Source: Patescibacteria group bacterium
GTDB taxonomy: Bacteria > Patescibacteriota > JAUYIX01 > JBHPHK01
Reading direction: 5' to 3'
Assembly: GCA_042569365.1 (NCBI GenBank)
Contig: JBHPHK010000005.1
Span: 1 to 61,024 of the forward strand
Length of the DNA: 61,024 nt
Under the pieces are notes generated by a model. The model was given only the letters and a program-made list of their open reading frames with translations, was not told where the DNA came from and searched no databases. This document shows, piece by piece, positions 38,039 through 46,716 of this stretch (its first letter is position 1; every line of letters begins with the position of its first letter). A program made the position numbers and the translations under genes.

Positions 38039-38539
38039 ATGTTAACAAGAATCTTAACTGCGGTTTTACTTCCAGCACTCGTAGTCGTGGTATTGGCTGG
38101 CGCAAGCTGTAAGAGCACTCAGACAATCGAGACGCCAGGTGGTGACGTAAATGTCACAACCGATGGTGGCACGGTGACTGTTGAGGATCAGGAAGGCACA
38201 GCTCAGACCACTTTTGGTACTGGCCTGAAACTTGCTGACGATTTCCCAAGTGACGCACCTGCCTATCCTGGCGGCAACTTGATTACAGTCTCTGACGCTT
38301 CTGATGAAGCTAGCATCAAGATCCATAGTGTTTCCTGGACCACTTCTGACTCAAACGATACAGTCGAAGACTGGTATCGCACTGAATTAGAAAAGCAGGG
38401 TTGGAACATCACGTTCTCCAGCACTACAAATGAGGTTACATCGATCGTGTGTGCTAAGGATGCGCGCGCGCTGACTGTAGCAATTTCAGTTGCTGAGAAT
38501 CTGACGACTATTGCTCTGACTGTTTCGTCCGGAATATAA
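38039..38539 (+). CDS. Small secreted protein or lipoprotein, function unknown
   Basis: 166 aa with a signal-like N-terminus ending in LAGASC (lipobox-like) and a T/D/S-rich mature part. Confidence 0.5.
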   Translation: MLTRILTAVLLPALVVVVLAGASCKSTQTIETPGGDVNVTTDGGTVTVEDQEGTAQTTFGTGLKLADDFPSDAPAYPGGNLITVSDASDEASIKIHSVSWTTSDSNDTVEDWYRTELEKQGWNITFSSTTNEVTSIVCAKDARALTVAISVAENLTTIALTVSSGI

Positions 38540-38560
38540 CTAGTAAATCCGTCTTAAACT

Positions 38561-38597
38561 AAAAACTCCGGCACGCTTTTCTGCGCTCGGAGTTTTT
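38561..38597. terminator. Bidirectional terminator between convergent genes
   Basis: AAAAACTCCG (38561-38570) pairs with CGGAGTTTTT (38588-38597). Confidence 0.75.
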
Positions 38598-38619
38598 ATG
38601 ATGTTCGGATTTTCAGGAT

Positions 38620-40413
38620 TTATGGATTGATTGTGATCGACATCGAATAGTAATTTGAATATTCTCCTTGTGAATCTTTGACTTTGACTTTAACGGTCAT
38701 TGGTCCACTGGTGATGTATTTATGATCAATTGTTACTGAGCTCGTTGTCTCTATGCTGGTACCATCACCGAAATCCCAGATATATTCGATGGTGTCACCA
38801 TCTGCATCGCTGCCGTTTGCCGTAAATGACACCGTTACTTCTCCGCCTACTAAAGTATAAGTGGAACCTCCTGCAGGAGATGTTATTGTCACTGTTGGCT
38901 TAGTGTTGTCAGTTGTAGCCGCTTTACCAAGTCCGCAGGTAATCTGGTTTGCATCATCTGTGACGCAGACTGCGTAGTAATACTTTGTGTGCGGAGCTAG
39001 TCCTGTGTCTTTGTAGCTCGCCGTATTAATGTCGGTAGCTGTATGTACAACTGAACCTTTACCCGGTCTTGGGTTTGATTCTGTCGTAGAGCGATAGACT
39101 TTATAATTTTTAAAGTCGTCGTCAGGACTCTTAGTCCAGCTGACTTTAATACTTGATACGCTCTGCGTCAAGACACTTGTCACCACTGTCTTCGGTAAAT
39201 CATCATCCTCTTCTTCAAATTTGATATTCAGAGTCTGAGTCGCTTCGTTGCCAGCAGGATCCATCGCTTTCACGACAATCGCGTTATCACCCTCTTCGAG
39301 AGTAACCGTTGTTTCGAAAGCTCCTTGCTTATTGTCTACTTTTTTGTCGTCCACTAAGACCGTCGCAAAGATTTCTGTCGTTCCTTTGATTGTAAGCTCT
39401 GCATCATTTACAGTGTCGCCGTCACTTGGCTCAGAAATTTTAAGTGTCGGTGCCGTAGTGTCTTCTGTGTCTTCCAGCTGGTTTCGATAGGCTTCATCTT
39501 TTTCCTGATTCCAACGGTACCAATAAGCATTTTTATCTGCATCTGCTAGCGCTTTCACATCAAAGTCATCCGTGTCAGATGGAAGAGTGTCTGTTTTTAT
39601 AGTGACACACTCGTTGGAGTTAAGATTCATCTGTGCCTGTGAAAGCAAGTTTGGACCTGTGTAAGGAGGCGACGATACCGCGTCATTATCATTTGAAACA
39701 GTGACGTCGCCATCTGCGCCCTCGTCGTTTGTTACAGTTTCTTCAGAAACTGGCTCTTCGATAGGCTCATCAGATGCTCTTAAGATAGCTTCCATAATGA
39801 TGGCATCCACTGTGATTGTTCCGCTCGTGACACATGTTTTCGTATCGCCATTGGCGGCGTTGCTGAGATTGTATGTTGTACCAGTTGCTGTTGCTAGTGT
39901 GTTGGCTGTATAAATACTGAACGGAGCGCGGCCGTACATTACGTCCGAGGGAACGTAAGACCAGGCCTGTCCTTCACTGAGAAGAATTCTGACGCCATTT
40001 TCGCTGTCGATATCTTCGATGACTATATGTGAATTTACATTGAGGCGTGCGATTGAGTCATCATCAAACCGAAGAGTGACTCGTCCGTCCGAGAGGGTAC
40101 GGACCTTATCGCCGGGCTGCAGAGACTGGCGATCCAGTGCATTTTCCCATGTGTCTGAAGTATGTCCTGAGACTTGCGCTGTCCCCTCTTCGATAATCAG
40201 CACCGCAGTTCCTTTTTCTGCTGTTGGAACTTCCCCTAAAGCCATGTCTTCTTGCGCGCGACGTCCACTGATAAACAGCACGACACCAACAACAATAATA
40301 ACGGCCAGAAGAGCGCTTCCGCTTATAATCCAAAAGCGCTTATCAAAAAGCTTACGCTGCTTTTTCTCGATAAGAGGCTCTCTGCGAATTTTTACTCTGT
40401 ATTTAGAATTCAT
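38620..40413 (-). CDS. Membrane-anchored surface protein with FecR-like, FN3-like and PKD-like domains
   Basis: 597 aa with one TM segment. A FecR-like segment (GDKVRTLSDGRVTLRFDDDSIARLNVNSHIVI) is followed by Ig/FN3-like beta domains (SWTKSPDDDFKNYKVYRS) and a C-terminal PKD signature (WDFGDGTS, VKVKVKDSQG). Confidence 0.6.
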   Translation of the reverse strand: MNSKYRVKIRREPLIEKKQRKLFDKRFWIISGSALLAVIIVVGVVLFISGRRAQEDMALGEVPTAEKGTAVLIIEEGTAQVSGHTSDTWENALDRQSLQPGDKVRTLSDGRVTLRFDDDSIARLNVNSHIVIEDIDSENGVRILLSEGQAWSYVPSDVMYGRAPFSIYTANTLATATGTTYNLSNAANGDTKTCVTSGTITVDAIIMEAILRASDEPIEEPVSEETVTNDEGADGDVTVSNDNDAVSSPPYTGPNLLSQAQMNLNSNECVTIKTDTLPSDTDDFDVKALADADKNAYWYRWNQEKDEAYRNQLEDTEDTTAPTLKISEPSDGDTVNDAELTIKGTTEIFATVLVDDKKVDNKQGAFETTVTLEEGDNAIVVKAMDPAGNEATQTLNIKFEEEDDDLPKTVVTSVLTQSVSSIKVSWTKSPDDDFKNYKVYRSTTESNPRPGKGSVVHTATDINTASYKDTGLAPHTKYYYAVCVTDDANQITCGLGKAATTDNTKPTVTITSPAGGSTYTLVGGEVTVSFTANGSDADGDTIEYIWDFGDGTSIETTSSVTIDHKYITSGPMTVKVKVKDSQGEYSNYYSMSITINP

Positions 40414-40446
40414 AAAATTGAGGTATTAAAAATTATAGACGACCTT

Positions 40447-40475
40447 AGTATACGCTCTGGAGCTCATTCTGACAA
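40447..40475 (-). promoter_or_regulatory. Sigma70-type promoter upstream of the FecR/PKD gene
   Basis: On the minus strand: TTGTCA (40470-40475), 17-nt spacer, TATACT (40447-40452). It lies directly after the kinase stop. Confidence 0.45.
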
Positions 40476-40482
40476 CTATTGC

Positions 40483-42645
40483 CTATTGTGAATCTTTTTC
40501 TTCTTCTTGATCCTCTATAAGATTGCCGCCACCCGCATTTTTGTCCTTCGGTATCGTAAAACAGAATTTAGAACCCTTGCCGCGACCTTTGCTTTCCGCC
40601 CAAATCTTACCTCCGTGGCCCTCAACTACACGTTTTGCTACGAAGAGACCCAATCCTGATCCTTCGGTGTGCACTTGCTCAATTCCTTGCGCGCGAGAGA
40701 ATTTTTCAAACAGTTTAGAAATGTCTGCTTGGGATAAACCGATGCCCGTATCTTTAACTGTAACTTGAATCTCTGTTTTTCTTTCCTCGAGAATTATTTC
40801 GATACTTCCATCTGGAGTATATTTGATCGCGTTATCTATAAAGTTAATAACAACGTGGCGGAGTTTTTCTTCATCCAAAGGTATGAGCGGGAATGACTTT
40901 GGGGGAGTAAACTTGAGGTCTAGACTTTTTTGGTCTGCGCGTGTTTGGAGATCCATCATCACTGATTTCACCATCTCTACGACATCAGTCTCGTCCTTGA
41001 CGATCTCGAATCGTCCTTGCTCTATACGCGAAACATTGAGGAAGGTGTTGATGACGCCGATCAGTCTTTCGATGTTGGCGAGAAGATTATTTACTACTAC
41101 GCCCTGACGTTTAGTCACTCGGCCAAAGTCTCCTTCAGAGAGCATTGAGAGATAACCTTTGATACCTGATGCTGGCGTTCTAAGCTGGTGACTAGCGATT
41201 GATAGGAATTCTGATTTTGTTTTGTCGAGTTGTTTGAGACGAGCATTTGCTTTTTTGAGTTCTGACGTTTTCTTTTTGACTTCTTCCGCCATTTTTTCAC
41301 CAAATTGTGATATTTCGTCAAAAGCCTCAGCATTTGATAAAGCAAGACTTATTTCAGGCAACAACGCTGATATAAAATCTATGTCTCTATTGTATAACCT
41401 TTCTCCGGAACTCTTTAAACCTAGTCCTAATATTGCTTTACCATCACTCATTTTAAATGGCGATGAATAAATAATGTCTAGCTTATTCATTAAACTTTTT
41501 CTTAGATCTTTGCTTGATAACGTATCGGCATGTATCCTCTTCTTTATCAATTCTTTATATTCTACATGACTAATCTGCACTTTTTCTTTACCAAATGAAT
41601 ATACATTAATCATCTTATCCCTCTTTACAATTATAAATCCGTGCATTAATTTCATTCCGGAAACAATCTTATATATTAGATTGTTTGCAACATTGTCAAA
41701 TTCAACACTTGTTTGAGTATGTCCAATATTCTTTAGAAGCTCTGTTGCAAAATACTTGCCCTTATAGAAAAATTTATCAGTAATACGTCTTATGAAACTT
41801 TGTAATGGTTGGAACAATAAAACCGCTAAGACCGTAAATATTATTCCATATATTAGTTGTTCAGAACTAATTTCAATATTTAGCAGAGATTGTCTCCCAA
41901 TAATATTCACGCCCAACACATACAGTACGGCAAGACCCGCTATTATCGTAAAATATCCTAAGGACTTCAAAATTGCATATTTGATATCTAAAAATCCGTG
42001 CCGCAACATAGCATATGACAAAAAGCCCACAAACAATACTGAACTTTGTGCATCAAGAGATGATACCAGCCTTATATCTAAGATTGGTAAAAAGAAATTA
42101 TATATTATCGAGAACAATCCAAATAATATAAAGCCAAATAATACATAAAATAGTTGTTTTTTAGCACTCTTTTTGCTAATTACATATTCAACGATAACCA
42201 TCGATAGACTAGTAAAATACAATAGCGCTAATACGACACTATAGACATCAAATAATGGTCCATTTTCAAATATAAACCCCCCATTATTAATTATTAAATC
42301 TTGCATAACTAAGCCATCAATATAGGGAATTATCAAAACAATAACACTTATTATGCTGAATAATATTAATAGTACTTTTTTATACCTCTTAACAAACTGG
42401 ATTGTTAACCATAATATCGATATTGGAATCATTACGCCTCCTAGCGCATATTGAGATTTAAGATATAATAACCCTGGATCTACTTGAAAGAGAAAATTTA
42501 TCAGAACCCATAAAGCAACAGTCCAGGCAAGAATTGCAAATGATATGTGCTCTATTTTTTTTGGATTTCTATACAAAACTATCCAGCCAATAATAAAATT
42601 TGCTACAGCAATGATTAATGTAAAATATATTGATATAGACTCCAT
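40483..42645 (-). CDS. Sensor histidine kinase with a polytopic (about 7 TM) N-terminal sensor and no receiver domain
   Basis: 720 aa. The N-terminal roughly 250 aa are hydrophobic helices including SYAMLRHGFLDIKY. The H-box is SIASHQLRTPASGI, and the HATPase N/G boxes are NFIDNAIKYT, DTGIGL and GSGLGL. Confidence 0.85.
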   Translation of the reverse strand: MESISIYFTLIIAVANFIIGWIVLYRNPKKIEHISFAILAWTVALWVLINFLFQVDPGLLYLKSQYALGGVMIPISILWLTIQFVKRYKKVLLILFSIISVIVLIIPYIDGLVMQDLIINNGGFIFENGPLFDVYSVVLALLYFTSLSMVIVEYVISKKSAKKQLFYVLFGFILFGLFSIIYNFFLPILDIRLVSSLDAQSSVLFVGFLSYAMLRHGFLDIKYAILKSLGYFTIIAGLAVLYVLGVNIIGRQSLLNIEISSEQLIYGIIFTVLAVLLFQPLQSFIRRITDKFFYKGKYFATELLKNIGHTQTSVEFDNVANNLIYKIVSGMKLMHGFIIVKRDKMINVYSFGKEKVQISHVEYKELIKKRIHADTLSSKDLRKSLMNKLDIIYSSPFKMSDGKAILGLGLKSSGERLYNRDIDFISALLPEISLALSNAEAFDEISQFGEKMAEEVKKKTSELKKANARLKQLDKTKSEFLSIASHQLRTPASGIKGYLSMLSEGDFGRVTKRQGVVVNNLLANIERLIGVINTFLNVSRIEQGRFEIVKDETDVVEMVKSVMMDLQTRADQKSLDLKFTPPKSFPLIPLDEEKLRHVVINFIDNAIKYTPDGSIEIILEERKTEIQVTVKDTGIGLSQADISKLFEKFSRAQGIEQVHTEGSGLGLFVAKRVVEGHGGKIWAESKGRGKGSKFCFTIPKDKNAGGGNLIEDQEEEKDSQ

Positions 42646-42650
42646 CGCTA

Positions 42651-43919
42651 TTAATTAATTATCTTAAGTTCTTTTCCTGTTTGTTCAAAAACAGTAATTA
42701 ACTGATCTATTTGATCTTTTGTATGAGTAGCCATTGGTGTGATCCTGAATCTTGCAGTATTCTTTTTTACTGCTGGCCATCTAAAATTAGCCACACTTAC
42801 TCCCTTTTCATATAGTTTCCTTTCCATTTCAATACTTATTTTGTCATTACCGATCAGAACCGGGATTACAGGAAAAGTTCCATCTCCTAGAACATTAAAA
42901 CCGATCTGACGTAATCGTTCTCTCAGATAATTTGCATTTTCAAATAATTGTTTTTTATGCTTATCGTCATTTCTACAAATATCAATTGCTTTTATGATTC
43001 CACCCGCCATCATTGCTGGTATAGAGGAGGAGAAAACATATGGCCTTGCCGCTACTCGTAAGAACTTAATCAACTGTGCATTTCCCGCTAAAAATCCTCC
43101 CATTCCTCCTAGAGCCTTATCGAATGATCCCATAATAATATCAATCCTATCTGCGACTCCATAGTCTTCTACAACGCCGCCACCACATTCACCTAAAACC
43201 CCAATCCCATGGGCATCATCAATCATTGTTTGACAGCCATAATTCTCTGCAATATCTACAACTTTATCTAACGGTGCGGTATGGCCCTCCAAACTAAATG
43301 CCCCTTCCGTCACTATCAATTTGTGCTTGTATTTCTTATTCTCTTTAATCAATTCTTCTAAGTGGTTCATATCATTGTGCTTGAAAACCTCTACCCGCAC
43401 ACGAGATAATCGGATTCCATCAACTACAGTTGAATGATTATATTCATCACTAAAAATTATTGAATCATCACATTTTGCAGGTAAGCCAAACATGAACTCA
43501 TTGAATAAGGCACGAAATATAGCCAGATTTGCCATATATCCAGTAGGGAATGTGATGGCATCTTCTTTTCCAACCAATTCCGCCACCTTGCCATCTAATT
43601 CAGTCAGAATCTTAATATTACCACTCAGTAACCTAGATCCACCCGGTCCAATGCCATGTTGCCGAATACTCTTAATTGTTGCATCAATAATGTCTGGATT
43701 TTTACTTAAACCCAAATAATTATTTGAACTAAAGAATAGTAATTCTTTTCCATTCTCGGAATCGATAGGATCTACGCCCGACCCCTCATATATATGCATA
43801 TCTGGATAAACGCCAGACTTATCGATAATGTTCTGCAACTCATCAATTCCTTCGAATCCACGAATCATATTAAATTTTCTCTTTATACTTGATTTCACAA
43901 TAGCTTTATAGACATTCAT
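42651..43919 (-). CDS. PLP-dependent alpha-oxoamine synthase family enzyme (BioF/Kbl/Spt/CqsA family)
   Basis: 422 aa with FSSNNYLGL, DDAHGIGVLG and GSFDKALGGMGGF (Schiff-base Lys context). Only 5 nt separate it from the downstream kinase. Confidence 0.85.
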   Translation of the reverse strand: MNVYKAIVKSSIKRKFNMIRGFEGIDELQNIIDKSGVYPDMHIYEGSGVDPIDSENGKELLFFSSNNYLGLSKNPDIIDATIKSIRQHGIGPGGSRLLSGNIKILTELDGKVAELVGKEDAITFPTGYMANLAIFRALFNEFMFGLPAKCDDSIIFSDEYNHSTVVDGIRLSRVRVEVFKHNDMNHLEELIKENKKYKHKLIVTEGAFSLEGHTAPLDKVVDIAENYGCQTMIDDAHGIGVLGECGGGVVEDYGVADRIDIIMGSFDKALGGMGGFLAGNAQLIKFLRVAARPYVFSSSIPAMMAGGIIKAIDICRNDDKHKKQLFENANYLRERLRQIGFNVLGDGTFPVIPVLIGNDKISIEMERKLYEKGVSVANFRWPAVKKNTARFRITPMATHTKDQIDQLITVFEQTGKELKIIN

Positions 43920-44016
43920 GCGATTATTTCATTATCAATCTTTTAATATTTTTTTAATCTGTCATGTATTAATATATCATTATATTGCATCATCCTGATA
44001 GTTTTATTCCAAACTA

Positions 44017-46197
44017 ATGAATTTATCTCTATTTGACCATTTTTTACATCTATTTAATATTGTTGTTATTCCACTTTTAATTGCTTTCACGCGCAAAAGA
44101 GGTGCAGACAAGATAATCGTAAAGTACTTTTCCTTGTTATCTATTTCAATATTAATCTGGATAACTCTAAGTTTCGCAATCAATCTTGTTTTCGAGTTTA
44201 CTTCGGTGAATTCTCAAAATACAATAATTGATATCCTCAACAGACTGGCGTTTTCTTTTGCCTCGCTCATACCTTTCTTTACAATATTATTTACTTCAAA
44301 AATAACTAATCTGAAGAGGCTCTCTATATTTTATTTAGCGCCATTAACTGTTTTAACATTATTCTTTTTTGCAGCACCGATTACATCAGATCTTATTCTT
44401 GTACAGAGCGGCGTCGATTTTGTTCACCTAGGCTCCTTATATTCTGCATATGTTATGTATATGATTTTATACATGATGGTCGCATGCGCAATTCTAATAC
44501 GCGACATGGTGCGTCACAACAACAGAAGACTGCAAAATTTTTTGATTCTATTAAGTCTCTCTATACCATTTATAATATCATTTGCATCAATTTTACTAAG
44601 ACAATATTACATTCACGACTTTGGATCTTCAGAATACAGCGTTAATTCAATTATCATATTTATCGGAATTACCAGCTATTTAATTGTCAGGCATAAATTA
44701 TTTGGTATCGAAATTATTATTCGAAAAACTTTCATCTACTCATTTACTCTATTCTTAACCTTAATCCTGCTAGTAATCCCCGCACTAGTATTGGGCCAAA
44801 CCATGAAAGAGCTCTACTCAACAAATTATATTGTCACCTTATCAGCAATTATCATTACTATCTCCATCGGATTCTTTCTGGTATATAAATTTATAGAAAA
44901 ATACCTCTCCCAATTCATTTTCCGAGAAATATTCACCTTGAAAAAAGTCCTCTACTCCATAAGTGACATCGTCAAACAAAATAACTCCACCTACGACATT
45001 GCTCAAAAATCTATCGATCTCCTCGTCAAACGCCTCAAGCTAGTCGGTGGAGTCTATTATTCCTGGTCACAAGACGAGCGACAGTTCATCGAAGAGTACG
45101 CGCAATCTATTCCCAACATAAATATTATTACACTCAAAGATCAGACTCGCCTTGTTAAAGCCGTCCTCAAATCAGATAGCGCCCCCTTTCACCTTCATAA
45201 GATCCCACGAGCACTTTCCAAAAATACGCAAATCAATGAACTTGCAAATAATCTTCCTAAAAATCAGACACTCCTCTTCATACCTGTCCAGAAACAAGAA
45301 AAGTTAGTTGGTCTCTATATTTTTACAGTTAATAAACAAGAACTTCCCACTCGCAACGAAATGAAACTTTTTGAGGCCTTTGCCAGTCAATCTGCGGCCG
45401 CTCTTGAAAATGCCCAGCTCCAGACGGAAAAACGAAATTTCAAACAACTTCTCACACAAGCTACCAAAAGTGCTACTAAAAAAGCCGACGAAGCCCGTTC
45501 CAAGCTCGAAGCCGTCCTCGAGACACGCTCGCAATTCTTTGTAGATGTCGCCCATGAACTTCGCACTCCCTTAACAATCCTCCAAGGCAACGTTGATCTA
45601 GCCTTCAAAAATTCGAACCTGGAAGAAGCTGAAACCATCCAACGCGAATTAACTCGCATGAACAAGCTCACTAGCGAACTGATCGAACTCAGCCGTATCG
45701 AGAGCGGTGATGTGCCTCTCGAAAAAGTAAAGATCAATCTAGCACATCTTCTAGAAGACATATTATTAGAGTTCGATGTACTCGCCAAAGCAAAAAATAT
45801 AAATATCTCACTCGACGTCAATCCTGAAATCACAATAGCGGCCGACCAGGACCTTCTAGAGAAGGTCGTTAGCAACCTTATCAGCAATGCGCTGCGCTAT
45901 AGTAAACGCGACACAGCCGTCACAATCTTTGGCGCCCAAGATAAGAAATTCGTATCAATTGAAGTTGTCGATCAGGGCGTAGGTATCGAGCCGGCCGATC
46001 TAGAAAAAATCTGGGAGCGCTTCTATCGCGTTGATAAACAAAAATCCCGCGTCAAAGGCGGTACCGGACTGGGACTTCCTATCGTTAAACTGATCACAGA
46101 GCTACACGGCGGACACGTAGAAGCGAAAAGCACAATCGGAAAAGGCAGTTCATTCACCCTTCTCTTCCCTAGACACTCCGCAGAAACTCCTAAATAA
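44017..46197 (+). CDS. Sensor histidine kinase with a polytopic (about 7 TM) N-terminal sensor and no receiver domain
   Basis: 726 aa. The hydrophobic N-terminal roughly 260 aa include SYLIVRHKLFGIEI. The H-box is VDVAHELRTPLT, and the HATPase boxes are NLISNALRYS, DQGVGI and GTGLGL. Confidence 0.85.
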   Translation: MNLSLFDHFLHLFNIVVIPLLIAFTRKRGADKIIVKYFSLLSISILIWITLSFAINLVFEFTSVNSQNTIIDILNRLAFSFASLIPFFTILFTSKITNLKRLSIFYLAPLTVLTLFFFAAPITSDLILVQSGVDFVHLGSLYSAYVMYMILYMMVACAILIRDMVRHNNRRLQNFLILLSLSIPFIISFASILLRQYYIHDFGSSEYSVNSIIIFIGITSYLIVRHKLFGIEIIIRKTFIYSFTLFLTLILLVIPALVLGQTMKELYSTNYIVTLSAIIITISIGFFLVYKFIEKYLSQFIFREIFTLKKVLYSISDIVKQNNSTYDIAQKSIDLLVKRLKLVGGVYYSWSQDERQFIEEYAQSIPNINIITLKDQTRLVKAVLKSDSAPFHLHKIPRALSKNTQINELANNLPKNQTLLFIPVQKQEKLVGLYIFTVNKQELPTRNEMKLFEAFASQSAAALENAQLQTEKRNFKQLLTQATKSATKKADEARSKLEAVLETRSQFFVDVAHELRTPLTILQGNVDLAFKNSNLEEAETIQRELTRMNKLTSELIELSRIESGDVPLEKVKINLAHLLEDILLEFDVLAKAKNINISLDVNPEITIAADQDLLEKVVSNLISNALRYSKRDTAVTIFGAQDKKFVSIEVVDQGVGIEPADLEKIWERFYRVDKQKSRVKGGTGLGLPIVKLITELHGGHVEAKSTIGKGSSFTLLFPRHSAETPK

Positions 46198-46711
46198 TAT
46201 ATCTAATAATATTCCCGACCTTTTTATCCGGTTTCATTCCCGGCAAACTAAAAGTGTTGGATATGATACGCGTCCCCGGCCTAGCTTCTTGCCGGATTTT
46301 TCGTTCTAGCTTTTTCATCATTGTATTTATCCCAAACACAAATATGACGTCGTATTGACCGAGCTTAGCGCTAAACAAATTCCTCTTATATACTCTCATA
46401 TTTTTATTACGACCCACACCACTCTTAATTCTCAAAACAGAATACCAGGCCAAAATAGGATTAAGTTCAAAACCATCTATCCGTTCTGCTCCTTCTCTTG
46501 CTGCCGCTATCATCAAAGTTCCACTTCCAGATCCGAGATCTACTACTCGATCTTCGGGTCTTAACTCCGCTAGCTCAAGCATCGTCTTCACATGCCCCTT
46601 CAGCGATGGCAAAAAGGGAGCACCAGTAAAGAACGTTATCCCAAAAGGGATAATCATTATTAAGAGTACGCCCAGAAAAACAGCTAAAATAATATATACA
46701 GCAAAATACAT
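46190..46711 (-). CDS. Membrane-anchored class I SAM-dependent methyltransferase
   Basis: 173 aa with an N-terminal TM segment, then VVDLGSGSGTL (motif I). Its 3' end overlaps the convergent kinase by 8 nt. Confidence 0.7.
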   Translation of the reverse strand: MYFAVYIILAVFLGVLLIMIIPFGITFFTGAPFLPSLKGHVKTMLELAELRPEDRVVDLGSGSGTLMIAAAREGAERIDGFELNPILAWYSVLRIKSGVGRNKNMRVYKRNLFSAKLGQYDVIFVFGINTMMKKLERKIRQEARPGTRIISNTFSLPGMKPDKKVGNIIRYII

Positions 46712-46716
46712 TCGAC

